Source of the DNA: Pecten maximus
Taxonomy: Eukaryota
Length of the DNA stretch: 64,000 nucleotides
NCBI RefSeq assembly: GCF_902652985.1
Contig: NC_047031.1
Location: 12,710,001 to 12,774,000, forward strand
Direction of reading: 5' to 3'
How positions within the stretch are numbered: position 1 is the stretch's first letter; every line of letters begins with the position of its first letter. The position numbers and the translations under genes are program-made. Under the pieces are notes generated by a model, which was not told the origin of the DNA, searched no databases, and worked only from the letters and a program-made list of their open reading frames with translations. Shown piece by piece: positions 32,192 through 46,251 of the stretch.

Positions 32192-33743
32192 TTATTACGA
32201 AGAAAATTCGTAAATATAAGTGAAATATAAAATTCTTAAATATAAGTGAAATGGCAAGCAGTATTGACTGTACTACAATAACGGTAATTACTTTACCAGC
32301 CAGCTCATTGAGCGATATAGTGTTTACACTATGTCCGGGAGAAGCTGTTAAGAATATCAGGGTTCGACACTGAAACTACAGTACGAACTAATTACCAACA
32401 AGAGGCCAATTTGGCCGAAATAAATATAGAGACGATTATACAATCGGCTTTCAAAGACTAGCATATCTAACCCAGAAGGTCACGCTGACCAACAGGTGAT
32501 CACGCTGGACTGAGGTGCACACGGCCCCTCCTTGATTCCGGACACAGCTCATGACGTATGTAGCTGCTCCCATCATGGGACCAAATTTGTAAAGCCAGGT
32601 CTCGACTTAAGAAGACGATTGGTCAACCATTTGTATTCCGCAACTTTTCAATCAGTTGGAATGTTGACCGGTTCTCTTTACCCAAATATGTCAACCAGAT
32701 GGAATGCTTGATTTTGGTATATAACGGCGGTGAGCAGACCCCACTCCAGCTAGAACCTGGACGTGCAAAGAGTCTCTTTCATTCTTTTGAAAGGTAAGGC
32801 CATGCCAATGTTAAGTATTATATCTAATGATTAATGTACATAGATAACTTAGCTATTTATCTTAGATTGTTTTATTATCAGTCAATATTGTAACAGTAAT
32901 TCCTTCAGTACCAATCAACACTGTAGAGTAATTGTTTTAGTATCAATTAATATTGTTAGATAAATTGTTCTTATGTAAATCATTAATATAAAGTCGATCG
33001 TTTTGTTACCTTTTACTCAACTGTATAAGCGTTATGCATACGTTTCCTGTCACTATATACTTTATGTTAATGTCAATAAAAGCTAGAACCTGGACGTGCA
33101 AAGAGTCTGTTTCATTCTTTTGAAAGGTGCACAACAGAGGGTAGCGATTTCGAATTGAGAAATCACGGGACCATAGCCCCGTGATAAGTGGTGGAGATCC
33201 GGTCTCGAATGAACCAATACAGAGACAAACTCAGGAGTTCGGATAACTTCCAACCAATTTTTACGCTACCCTCTAGCCAGGCTAGCTCAAACACCTCGAC
33301 ACCACCGGCGTCCCAAGGGACTCCCATAGCCCAGCAACCAGTCGCCAGCCCACCCCGGAGTCAACTGGTGAACGAACCGGACTACGGGAAAAGCCAGCAG
33401 CCACCTAGTGCTGCCAACGACGCCAGTAGTGTCAACCAGCAGCCACCTAGTGCTGCCAGCGACACCAGTAGTGTCACCAACGCCGTCAGCAACCATTCAG
33501 AGACTGCCGCCAACAATCAAGCCGGAAATTTAACCCGGCCACCATCAATAAACGACGAGTCGGAAGGACCCGCAGCAGTCAACGGAATGGTTGGTCCCTG
33601 GATCCTCATCCTGTTACTATCCCAAGTACTTATGGGGTCATCCGTCGCATCCACGGTTCCCACAGAAGTCCAACGACTGAATTATGGGATAACATACCAT
33701 AGAGGTCCAGATCTTCACTTCGCAGCGGATTCATGGTTACACA
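32192..33743 (+). mobile_element. Second related LTR + PBS + gag-N/env-start ORF running into the gap
   Basis: Same termini at 32192 and 33187, PBS at 33189; ORF ends in a signal-like WILILLLSQVLMG and env-like VQRLNYGI. Confidence 0.7.
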
Positions 33744-34243
33744 NNNNNNNNNNNNNNNNNNNNNNNNNNNNNNNNNNNNNNNNNNNNNNNNNNNNNNNNN
33801 NNNNNNNNNNNNNNNNNNNNNNNNNNNNNNNNNNNNNNNNNNNNNNNNNNNNNNNNNNNNNNNNNNNNNNNNNNNNNNNNNNNNNNNNNNNNNNNNNNNN
33901 NNNNNNNNNNNNNNNNNNNNNNNNNNNNNNNNNNNNNNNNNNNNNNNNNNNNNNNNNNNNNNNNNNNNNNNNNNNNNNNNNNNNNNNNNNNNNNNNNNNN
34001 NNNNNNNNNNNNNNNNNNNNNNNNNNNNNNNNNNNNNNNNNNNNNNNNNNNNNNNNNNNNNNNNNNNNNNNNNNNNNNNNNNNNNNNNNNNNNNNNNNNN
34101 NNNNNNNNNNNNNNNNNNNNNNNNNNNNNNNNNNNNNNNNNNNNNNNNNNNNNNNNNNNNNNNNNNNNNNNNNNNNNNNNNNNNNNNNNNNNNNNNNNNN
34201 NNNNNNNNNNNNNNNNNNNNNNNNNNNNNNNNNNNNNNNNNNN

Positions 34244-34940
34244 CTGCAACAAACAAATATTAAAATACCATACACAGATTTCAAACCTGTAATTAGTTCT
34301 GCCATTCAGAGTAAATGGCAGCAACGCTGGTCTCTCGAGACGAGCAACAAACTTTTTGAAGTACAACCAAAACTTAAAACATCAAAACCAAGTCGGAAGG
34401 ATCGTAGAGAGGAAATAGTCCTCTCTCGGCTCCGTACCGGGCACACATATCCTACTCATTCGTTTCTTTTGAAACGAGAGGATCCACCGGTGTGTTATGC
34501 ATGTGATGCTCAATTCACAGTGGAACATTTTTTAATAGAATGTTCCGATTTCAAGCACATTCGTGATAAATACTTTCGAGTCCCGGATATGAAAACCCTT
34601 TTCAGTTCCGTGGATTCGAAAACAATATTTAGCTACTTGAAAGAAATCGATCTATTTTATAGACTTTGATGTCTTTTACGTTACTGTCTTTGACGTTTTA
34701 TTTATATAACAAAGTTCACATAATCTATTCGTACATATACATATTTTACCATTTTTAACCAACTTTTTTATCATAATGATCTAAATATACAATACGGATG
34801 CTTTTAAAAATGACAAATTTTATCTGATTTTAACTTTAAAAATAAAACATGTTAGTATAAAAATAAAACATGTTAGTATATTGTTTGGCCCTAAATGACC
34901 CTAGTTGTCGATGGGCCGTAAAACATAAACAAACAAACAA
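34244..34940 (+). mobile_element. LINE 3' portion (same family)
   Basis: Reverse complement of 25110-25780; ORF2 stop at 34669; (AAAC)n tail. Confidence 0.93.
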
Positions 34941-35239
34941 AAGTCAATGCAATCAGTGTTATTACACCAACACATTTCACTATTGATGTGTAGGGAGTAT
35001 CTCGCGTTCAGAGAATGCAAATAAGATATCAAACTGTCTGCAGGTTTCATGCTAGGATCTCCGTCGACGGAGCTCATCCTGGAGATCGTTACTCGTCTTA
35101 ATGTTCTCACATAGTGACGATTAACTAAAGAAAAGTCTTTTTATACCCTAACTGAATAGGAATGTTTCGGTATTGTCAATTTTCTCCACGCATGTCTTTG
35201 TTTTACCACAATAATGTCGTTTTACATAGTTTCCGTCTC

Positions 35240-36490
35240 GTAAACGAACTGATGTAACAATTTTGAAGGAATATTTTTTCGTAGAGGTTGATATGAAGAC
35301 ATTTTTGTTCGGGACGAAATAATTTCCTGCTTTAATTTCGGAATGTTAACGTTGTCTGTTTCGTCTAAATAAATTCTGAATAACATTTTGGTTTTCTGTT
35401 TTAATTTTTGAAATTTCAGCAAAACTATTAAAATGTGATATTTTCATCTTGCATTAACCGATGTAACAATTTTGAAGGAATATATTTTCGTACAGAGGTT
35501 TATATGAAGTCATTTTTCTTCGGGACGAAATAATTTCCTGCTTTAATTTCGGAATGTTAACGTTGTCTGTTTTGTCTAAATAAATTCTGAATAACATTTT
35601 GGTTTTCTGTTTTAATTTTTGAAATTTCAGCAAAACTATTAAAATGTGATATTTTCATCTTGCATTAACTGATGTAACAATTTTGAAGGAATATATTTTC
35701 GTACAGAGGTTTATATGAAGTCATTTTTCTTCGGGACGAAATAATTTCCTGCTTTAATTTCGGAATGTTAACGTTGTCTGTTTCGTCTAAATAAATTCTG
35801 AATAACATTTTGGTTTTCTGTTTTAATTTTTGAAATTTCAGCAAAACTATTAAAATGTGATATTTTCATCTTGCATTAACTGATGTAACAATTTGAAGGA
35901 ATATATTTTCGTACAGAGGTTTATATGAAGTCATTTTTCTTCGGGACGAAATAATTTCCTGCTTTAATTTCGGAATGTTAACGTTGTCTGTTTCGTCTAA
36001 ATAAATTCTGAATAACATTTTGGTTTTCTGTTTTAATTTTTGAAATTTCAGCAAAACTATTAAAATGTGATATTTTCATCTTGCATTAACTGATGTAACA
36101 ATTTTGAAGGAATATATTTTCGTACAGAGGTTTATATGAAGTCATTTTTCTTCGGGACGAAATAATTTCCTGCTTTAATTTCGGAATGTTAACGTTGTCT
36201 GTTTCGTCTAAATAAATTCTGAATAACATTTTGGTTTTCTGTTTTAATTTTTGAAATTTCAGCAAAACTATTAAAATGTGATATTTTCATCTTGCATTAA
36301 CTGATGTAACAATTTTGAAGGAATATATTTTCATACAGAGGTTTATATGAAGTCATTTTTCTTCGGGACGAAATAATTTCCTGCTTTAATTTCGGAATGT
36401 TAACGTTGTCTGTTTCGTCTAAATAAATTCTGAATAACATTTTGGTTTTCTGTTATAATTTTTGAAATTTCAGCAGAACTATTAAAATAT
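35240..36490. repeat. ~211-bp tandem satellite, 6 near-identical copies
   Basis: gatgtaacaattttgaagg at 35250, 35460, 35671, 35882, 36092 and 36303. Confidence 0.95.
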
Positions 36491-36574
36491 GATATGTGTG
36501 TTGAAATTTTGCATGTGGGGCAAATAAGCGTTTTACAATTTTGGCACAAGAAAAACACGTCATTGTCTTTGATC

Positions 36575-36783
36575 TATATATATCACAAAGTTCACATAAT
36601 CTATACATTTTTATCATTTTTTAACCAACTTTTTTATCATAATGATCTAAATATACAATACGAATGCTTTTAAAAATGACAAATTTTATCTGTTTTTAAC
36701 ATTAAAAATAAAAACGATAGTATACTAGTATAAATGACTCTAGTTGTCGATGGGCCGTAAAACAAACAAACAAACAAACAAAC
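36575..36783 (+). mobile_element. LINE 3' end
   Basis: Matches the LINE 3' UTR and (AAAC)n tail. Confidence 0.85.
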
Positions 36784-37111
36784 CATTTGATACAGAGAAT
36801 GTTACTATCAGTTCCATTGTTGTACACTTGTTGTGGGAAGAGGTATAACAGGAATCACTGTCGTTAATTGACTAGTATTCACAGTGGTAGGAATACTGGT
36901 TGATTACATCGCAGTAGTGACCCGGGATATGCACTCTCCATTCACAGCACAACACATATATGAAATACAAAAAAACTGATCATGTCCTTCAGATGTCAAT
37001 GCTTGTGAAATATTGACCCGGCCGATGTTTATGTAATGTTGTCCATAGCCCATTTGCTCCTGCATTGTTTGTAGACTCCTTTACTTTTAATGACGAGTAA
37101 TGTATATTCGT

Positions 37112-38185
37112 CTATCGTGTAGCGTTATCTACCCCTTCCGGATTTACCGACATCATCTCTTCGTCAGATGAATTTGTGACCTTGGGATCTGACTTACTCA
37201 ATAACGAATATATCTTATCTTTTAATCCACTTTTCAAAATTAACATGACGAATACGCCAATCCTTACAATAACTGACAGCCCAATACATACAACGACCCA
37301 TTCTGACCACTGTTTACTCGTAGGTATTTCATACAGGCCTTTAATTTCTCTGATAAGTTCGTTCATTGGGATTCGATCAATTTCTTTTAATCGGTTTGGT
37401 ATTTCGACGGCCTTAAACTTCGGAAGAACCCTTTTGAATTGTTTCCATTGATTGAGATTTAGAAAAGAATCATTGTATGACAACTTAATTCCTTCGGTAA
37501 GATTATATTTGTTTTAATGAAAGTAGTTAGGGAGTAATATAAGATAATCACTCGATGCAGAAGACATACTCTTCAATTCAACGATCCCCATCGGTGGTTT
37601 TACTATTATTTTGTTATCCCGTACATTGGTGTGTGGACAGACTACAGCAAAGTGCAAGTCAATGTCCGTTACTATAATCTACTTCAATGATATTGATAGC
37701 TCTAGGTAAGATCGACTCAGGAATTACAACTGTTGTACAAATTGTTCAAACTCGAAGATATTGTTTCTCTACAGTTGACGAGACATTTACTTTTTTGACG
37801 TCAAGTTCAAGGACGTTTGTTGTTAGTTGCGTAACCGCTTGCCTATTTTCAGATACCTGAACTCTCTTGACAGTTTTGATTGATAGGCTTTCCGAAACCA
37901 TATGTGCCATATTTCTTTGATGTTTTGCCGGCGTACTTATTTTCTGTGTGATGACGTCAAGATCATCTTCCGATATAGTACCGAACAGAAAGCTACTATT
38001 GGAAGTACACTTCGCGTATGCCTAGTATTCATGGTTTTGTAACCTACGAATCCATCTCACAGAACGATAAATCCCTAGATATTCCAGCTCAAGTTTGAGA
38101 GCAGCTATGGACTCGCGATACTCATCTTTGGTATGAGATGTGAATCGCTGCAGCACGTAATTGTTTATCCGAGTTGCATCTGTAA
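37112..38185 (-). pseudogene. Decayed gypsy env (F-protein-like) fragment
   Basis: TRSVLPIVAFLFGTISEDDLD fusion-peptide region and TM WVVVCIGLSVIV; homologous to env at 46.5-48.3 kb. Confidence 0.75.
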
Positions 38186-38189
38186 CATG

Positions 38190-38425
38190 CAATACGAATG
38201 CTTTTAAAAATGACCAATTTTATCTCATTTTAACGTAAAAAATCAAAATGATAGTATATTGTTTGGCCCTGAATGACCCAAGTTGTCGATGGGTTTGGTT
38301 TGGCTGCGGTATGTTCGTGTTGTCGATGGGCCATAAAACTCCAACAAACAAACATTTGGCCTTTTGTTGAGCGTTCTCCCATCTGAGGAAGGTTTTAGTT
38401 TCTGTCCCTGGCCGAGACATACCGG
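38190..38425. mobile_element. LINE tail / SINE fragment chimera
   Basis: LINE 3' sequence interleaved with SINE pieces matching 61540-61640 and 61795-61885. Confidence 0.7.
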
Positions 38426-38529
38426 AGTATAATATAAAAATGGGCTACACAAAGAGAACCCACAGAAAAATGGGCTACACAACATAAACCCACAGAAAAA
38501 ATGGTGCCCACATAATTGTGGGGTTTCAA

Positions 38530-38985
38530 TACGTGTTTTTTACATTTACTCACATGAACTTGGGCTCCCTGCTAAGTGTATATTACAAATTTTCTCTCCC
38601 AGTGTTTTCATTCATGGGAGAGTTACCTAGATTTTTGCTTTCTATATTTAGGACAGTTCCTCCGGAAGTAGCATTCACATGGCCAACAAACCTGTTCTGT
38701 GCCTATCTCCCTTCTATCTATTCTCCTCCCATGATATTCCCTAGCAATCTGCCCCATCTTCCCACAGTTATGGCACCTTCAGGCAGCCCTACTATGGTCT
38801 ACATCCATTGCAACTACCGCATGACTAGTTTCCATTGGTTCCACATGTCTACTGCCGTTCCTTCCTGATGTATTAGTGCGGAGTTGGAAGCGCTTTCTTT
38901 AATTCTCTTCCTGCATAGCGATATTAACCGCCGCCGTTAGGGGTTTTCGCGTATGACCTTAAACTTAAGGTGGTCCTGACACAAC
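38530..38985 (-). pseudogene. Gypsy gag C-terminus/protease start fragment
   Basis: MDVDHSRAARRCHNCGKMG knuckle and LAGSPSSC. Confidence 0.6.
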
Positions 38986-38988
38986 CTT

Positions 38989-40790
38989 TCAACAAAACAT
39001 CCCGCCAGTTGTCGTTCGACAGTAATTGTTTAATCCTGGAGGATCTATAGCCTTAGGCTGGTATGCTTGGAATGTAGGATGCAGTGTTGTGTTTTTTATA
39101 CCGGGTCGTTGATGATTTGTCTGGATTTGGTTCACATGTGTTAATGGGGCGAACAAAGCTTTCAAAGTCAGCATAAAAGGAACTTTAAGCTGTTTATGAA
39201 TTCGATTGAATTTGACCCATTTCTGTTCTTCTTTTTTCGGGAAGCTTAGTTTCTGAGGACCGGGAGGGGAGCAGTACGGGACATGGTCGTCTAACAGCTG
39301 TTGTGTTGTATAACCATGGAGGCAATAATTACAATAATAAGTTCTACCATTGTGCATGGTGCGATCACCTAACAAACGGCTCAAATTTCTAACGAGACAG
39401 TAGTGTCTGCTTTCGCCTTTGGAGTACAATAGAAGGTTTATATGTCTTACATGTCAAGTGTTACGCAAGTCGGTTACGTGTAGGGGATATATTTCTCCCC
39501 CTTCGAACCCCACAACATTGACGGATATGTCATTTTGGTTTTCAAACTTCGATACTTGGGATAAGGGGATAGGGAAGTCAATGCTTGTCAAGTTCAGTTC
39601 CTTTTCGTACTGTGTATATGTGTAGCGTTTTGGATTGTCTACACGTAATACAAGGTGTATATCTGCGAGAACTGACCACAGGAAACATTTTTGGTCGGTA
39701 TTTTGTATGTTCAGAACAGCCCTTTTCTTTTGAATATTTGGTGGTAAGGGTATGTAGCTACTACCCTCTAACGGTATGTATTCTACGGTGTTGACCTCGA
39801 GTTTTATAATTTTGTCTATCGTCCACCCACTCCCATCCCACTCAAAATTTTGATATGCGTTTTGTAAGTGGCGGAAAGCCTCGGCCAGTTGTTCTAATAT
39901 CTGGGATACGTTCGTACATGCTGAATTGATTGATCTAAATGTTGGTTCGGCATAGATAGCTTTATTGTTTTGGTCATATTTTATGAATTTCACAAAAGGT
40001 GTAAGAAACCATTTCATACCTTTTATCTTGTGTAGTTTTTCTTCTAACATGGCTTTTATTGACTTCTGACTAATTGTAGTACGTCCCACAGGTTCCCAGG
40101 ATTAGAATACAATGTTTCCTTCAAGTGCCTCAATTTTGCCTCCGTGCTGTTGACGAGTTGTCCAGGCTTCACGTCGTGCCAGACATCGATCGCACACATC
40201 TGTCCTCCTGCCGTAAAACCGTTCTGGGTGTGGCCGATGGCACCAGTTACACCCTTCCCTGATCTCCACAGGTTGCGCAAAATTTCTACCCCGGGAGTAG
40301 ATGTTTTATCCGCGAACACCAAATACATTTGCCTTTATTTTCAGCAGTTGTATTGTCAGCTTTTCCATTGTCGCCGCATTTTCCGGTACATTGTCTCTTT
40401 GAAAGGATACTGTCGTCTATTTCATTAACTTTTCTTTTTCTGTTTGGTGGTGTATTTTCCTTGTGTGATTTTATATGGCGATTGAAGTTATCTTTACGGT
40501 AAAAACACATGATGCAATGAGTGCATGTATATTTTGAGTCTCCATGAAATGTTCGGTTATCTCGCATAAGGTGACACTTTTGCTTAAAGACCTTATCGCA
40601 TATTGAACATCTGTTTGTCCTTATTGGCTGTTGTACGGTTGACTAATCAGCAAGTAAGGCAAGACGGCGTAGACTAAGCTCCGTATCCGTGTTGCTTGAT
40701 AAGTGATTTTCTGCCGCCCACGTATCTAACTCCGCTATAGTTTTGATAGAATACATCTTATTTCTATCCATCATCTGCTCTTGACTAGTA
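38989..40790 (-). pseudogene. Polinton-type pPolB N-terminal region with C2H2 zinc fingers
   Basis: CSICDKVF..., CTHC...HIKSH, DGSGW, GSSYIPLP, NIQNTDQKCFLWSVLA, HYCLVRNLSRLL, CNYCLH; frameshifted. Confidence 0.85.
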
Positions 40791-41279
40791 CTGTAAAGTA
40801 ACCCTCAGTTGTACAATTTCGTCCGCTATCGTATACAGTTGTCAGTATTAATATACACACGATGTATACACTTTGCCTGTCTGAGTGATAATGAGACTCC
40901 ACAGGTTAATTTCTGCTCGACTGGTTTCAGTAGTTTTCGCACAATCTGTAAACTGATACGTAATGTAATTGTTACCTTATGTATATATATATGAATTGGA
41001 AAAACCAGGACTGATGTAAAAATTAACGCAATACTGTATTACGCTTACCTAACGTATAACATGTTTGTACTTGTCGGGCTATAAATACACCTGACGTAAA
41101 GTATGTCCCTCATCTCTCACTGCGGTAAAACCTTCTCATTAATATTATAAATTAAAAGGGCATTCTAATTAAAGGTCATGAGGTCTATCCCTTATCCCTC
41201 ACTCATCAATCCCGCCAGGGAGGAATTTACTATAAAGAAGGAGGGATGGGGTGACGCAGAACTCTCATTTCCTATTCAT

Positions 41280-42245
41280 CACTCGGATTCCGACAAATTC
41301 CGCAATGGGTTCGCTCCCGGTTTCATGTTTGAAATATCCGGATATGTTTCTGTTCTTTGTGTCACGGCAGTGATGTTTAATTGGGTAATTGGAGAGATTC
41401 GACAGGTTTCTGTCTCGATACATATCGTCATACACGTCTCGACATTAAACTTAATATATTAAATAGACTGTCCGTATCTGTCATGAGTAATTTTATACCA
41501 TTCTTATATTTGGGTTTTAGGTACTTGTAATAAAACTCGTACATGATACATTTCGATAGATCTAGAATGGTCTGTCTTACATATACGGGTTTGTTCAAAA
41601 CTAACTTGATTTATCGTTTTGAATGACTACTAAGTCTTTGTTTAAGATGGCGAATCTTTGAAATGAAGGTCTTGTCACGTACTTTTTTGAGTTTCGTTTC
41701 TGTGTGAGCCAGCTTGATGGCGACTCTCGATCACACGTTCTCCATGGTCTTACCAAACACGGCATTGTTCATGAGTTTAGAGAAATCTTTCTCAAACTCG
41801 TTCTTACACGGAGGTCTTTTAGACGTGTTAAATTGTATATAAGCACGAAACCAAGCTTGTTTGAATTCTGAAGTGAGAATTTTCGTGATTTTCAAAACTT
41901 CTTTATGCAGTTTCTACCGTGGCAGATGTATTTGGTCTTGTTTTCTAAGGTCGGCATCAGTTTTTCTGTGGGTACGCGTCCGCGTAAATTGTCATCGGTG
42001 TGTTTAGGGTTTGGATGTAACGTTTTCCACATCTCCTTACTGATAGGTGTTAATTCGTGATTTGAGACTTGTGATAATTCGTGATTTGAGACTTGTTTGC
42101 CTTCTGGAGCAAGGGGGTAATCGGAATAATTGTCGTGAAGTTCGTCTGCATAGTCTAGATCTACATTAAACACGTATCCCAAGTCTCCGTCTTTGTTTAT
42201 CTTGTTCAAGTCAAATGTGTACGGGTTTTCGATCCATTGAAACCC
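41280..42245 (-). pseudogene. Polinton-type pPolB catalytic region relic
   Basis: [55 protein letters not shown]. Confidence 0.88.
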
Positions 42246-43178
42246 TGTAACACTTCAGGTGTTTACATGTACTTGTATAAAAGAAAAGTTCAACCGCAGG
42301 TTCTTTAAACTAACTTCTTTAATTAGATGGCCCATGGCGTTTTAACATCTTTTCCCCCAGGCTGGTTAACTGGCAATAACTTCTAATACGAGGCTTTAGT
42401 AACGTGGCCGAAAATGAGTGCTAAGTGCAACATCGAGATGTTGTACTGTCTGCGTCCCGGGTCCGCACTGCACTGTCCGTAGTCGTGGACAGTGTCCCTT
42501 TTATAGTAGGTTGTTATGAAACCATCACGTTTTCAACACGTGAATTAACTTTTACATAAGTTAAGGAATGTTGACCTTGGTCCAAAATAGATGGTCATCC
42601 TGACTTAATGACGTTAAAATAGATGGTCATCCTGACTTAATGACGTTAAAATAGATGGTCATCCTGACTTAATGACGTTAAAATAGATGGTCATCCTGAC
42701 TTAATGACGTTTGCCTAACGTGGCAGGACGTGCCTTATCTCTGAGAACACTATTTCAACATATGTAAACATTCTGACCGCCTTTGACCAACCTGTAGTAT
42801 ATGTATATACATATCATAAAATATCTATGGCAATTACCTTTGACCAACCTGTAGTATATACATATCATAAAATATCTATGGCAATTATAATTAATAATTA
42901 TAATAATAACCTATGAATCTACAAATAAAGTTTAAACACAATTGCTTGCAATTTAGTTTAACACAGTTCCTTGAACATCGACAGAAAACCAATCGTCAAC
43001 ACAAGACTCTTTAGCACAGTTAATATCTTCTCATAAAGCACAGAGTTCCAACTCCACATCATAACATCTTAATATATATCAACAAAGAATTGTCTCTTCA
43101 TTGTTGACCTATCGTCTCGCTGGCCAGCAAGTCTTTCCACGGCCTGACTTTTGAACCTTACACGGTTCTAGTTTATGA

Positions 43179-43738
43179 AACAAGAGGCCCATGGGGCCTG
43201 TATCGCTCACCTGGTTGGATTTGACCAAATGTCAAAATAATGTACATGTTCAATTTGTCAATACATATACAAAAATGTACTCTCTGAAAGACCATATGGA
43301 TTATTTTTACACAATAATGGTGTTTAAAGAAACTAAGTCCCTTAGGGTGGGGAAAACCCTTTGGCCTATTTTTACATAAAAATTGTGTTTATCCCTTAAT
43401 GACCAGCGATATTATACATAGTTATGGGATTGAGGGTCACAGTAACCATTTATGCAAAATCTGTTCCCCCATCACCAGGGATGTTTCTGACCAAATTGGG
43501 TTCAAATCCATTTAAAACTCAAATCTCTATTTCCCCTATTTGGCCCCTCCCTTCAGGCCCCTTGGGGGTCAGAGTCAATATTTATATAAACTCCCTTTCC
43601 CCCTTCCCCTAAGGATATTCCAGACCAAATTTGGTTCAAATCCATTCATAACTTTATGAAAATAACGATTTAAAGGAGTAACCCCTATTTCCCTATTTGG
43701 CCCAGCCCCTCAGGCCCCTCAATATTTATACAAACTCT

Positions 43739-43769
<31 letters not shown>

Positions 43770-46251
43770 TTCCTCTCTGGATGTTCCTGACCAAATTTAG
43801 TTAAAATCCATTCGTAACTTAATAATTAATAGCGATTTAAAGGATTAACCCCTATTTTCCCTATCAGACCCCACTCCTCAGTCCCCTGGAGATTCAGAGT
43901 AAAACATTATACCAACTCGGTTCCCCTTCTCCAATGAATATTCCTGACCATATTTGGTTTAAGTCCATTTAAAACTTGATGACTAGTAGCAATTAAAAGA
44001 CTAATCTCTATTTCCCCTACTTGGCCCCGCCCCTTAGGCCCCTAGGGGTACAGAGTAAAAATTCATATAAACTCTGTTCCCCCTCCCCTCAAGGATGTTC
44101 CTGACCAAATTTGGTGAAAAGCTATTCAATACTTCAGGAGTAGTAGCGATTTAAAGGAGTGACCCTATTTCCCCCCACCCCTCAGGCCCCTGGGGGTTGA
44201 GAATAAAGATTTAAACAAACTCTGTTCCTCTTCCTCCAAGGATGTTCCTGACCAAATCTGGTTCAAATTCATTAATAACTTTATGACTAGTAATGATTTA
44301 AAGGATTAACCCTATTTCCCCTATTTGGCCCTGCCCCTCAGGCCCCTGGGGGGTCAAAGTAAAAATGTATACAAACTCTGTTTCCTTTCTGCCAAGGATG
44401 TTACTGACCAAATTTGGTTCAAATTCATTCATAACTTTATGACTAGTAACGATTTAAATGATTAACCCTATTTCCCCTATTTGGCCCTGCCCCTCAGGCC
44501 CCTGGGGGTTCAAAGTAAAAATTTATACAAACTCTGTTTCCTTTCTGCCAAGGATGTTACTGACTAAATTTGGTTCAAATTCATTCATAACTTTATGACA
44601 AGTAACGATTTAAAGGAATAACTCTATTTCCCCTATTTGGCCCCGCCCCTCAGGCCCCTGCGGGTTCAGAGTAAAAATTTATACAAACTCTGTTCCCTTT
44701 CTGCCAAGGATGTTCCTGACCAAATTTGGTTCAAATTCATTCATAACTTTATGACTAGTAGCGATTTAAAGGAGTAACCCTATTTCCCTATTTGGCCCCG
44801 CCCCTCAGGCCCCTGGGGGTTCAGAGTAAAAATTTATACAAACTCTGTTCCCCTTCTGCCAAGGATGTTCCTGACCAAATCTGGTTCAAATTCATTCATA
44901 ACTTTATGACAAGTAGCGATTTAAAGGAGTAACCCTATTTCCCCTATTTGGCCCCGCCCCTCAGGCCCCTGGGGGTTCAGAGTAAAAATGTATACAAACT
45001 CTGTTCCCCTTCTGCCAAGGATGTTCCTGACCAAATTTTGTTCAAATTCATTCATAACTTGATGACTAGTAGCGATTTAAAGGATTAACCCTATTTCCCC
45101 TATTTGGCCCCGCCCCTCAGGCTCCTGGGGGTTCAGAGTAAAAATGTATACAAACTCTGTTCCCCTTCTGCCAAGAATATTCCTGACTAAATCTAGTTCA
45201 AATTCATTCATAACTTTGACTAGTAGCGATTTAAAGGAGTAACCCTATTTCCCCTATTTGGCCCCGCCCCTCAGGCCCCTGGGGGTTCAGAGTAAAAATG
45301 TATACAAACTCTGTTCCCCTTCTGCCAAGGATGTTCCTGACCAAATCTGGTTCAAATTCATTCATAACTTTATGACTAGTAGCGATTTAAATGATTAACC
45401 CTATTTCCCCTATTTGGCCCTGCCCCTCAGGCCCCTGGGGGTTCAGAGTAAAAATTTATACAAACTCTGTTCCCCTTCTGCCAAGGATGTTCCTGACCAA
45501 ATTTGGTTCAAATTCATTCATAACTTTATGACTAGTAGCGATTTAAAGGAATAACCCTATTTCCCCTATTTGGCCCCGCCCCTCAGGCCCCTGGGGGTTC
45601 AGAGTAAAAATGTATACAAACTCTGTTCCCCTTCTGCCTAGGATATTCCTGACCAAATTTGGTTCAAATTCATTCATAACTTTATGACTAGTAGCGATTT
45701 AAAGGATGAACCCCATTTCCCCTATTTGGACCCGCCCCTCAGGCCCCTGGGGGTTCAGAGTAAAAATGTATACAAACTCTGTTCCCCTTCTGCCAAGGAT
45801 GTTCCTGACCAAATTTTGTTCAAATTCATTCATAACTTTATGACTAGTAGCGATTTAAAGGATTAACCCTATTTCCCCTATTTGGCCCCGCCCCTCAGGC
45901 TCCTGGGGGTTCAGAGTAAAAATGTATACAAACTCTGTTCCCCTTCTGCCAAGAATATTCCTGACTAAATCTAGTTCAAATTCATTCATAACTTTATGAC
46001 TAGTAGCGATTTAAAGGAGTAACCCTATTTCCCCTATTTGGCCCCGCCCCTCAGGCCCCTGGGGGTTCAGAGTAAAAATGTATACAAACTCTGTTCCCCT
46101 TCCCCCAAGGATGTTCCTGACCAAATTTTGTGAAAATCCATTCAATACTTTAGGACTAGTAGCAATTTAAAGAAAAAGTTGACGGACGACGGACGACGGA
46201 CGCTGCACCATGGCATAAGCTCACCGGCCCTTCGGGCCAGGTGAGCTAAAA
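43179..46251 (+). repeat. HINE/pearl-type non-autonomous Helentron carrying ~17 copies of a ~156-bp satellite
   Basis: 5' aacaagaggccc...gctcacctg, tandem units, (gacg)n microsatellite, terminal hairpin agctcacc-ggcccttcgggcc-aggtgagct. Confidence 0.88.

Noticed and set aside
33188-34669. 493-aa gag/env-LINE fusion ORF
   Set aside because: Joined only through the N gap; the two sides are unrelated elements
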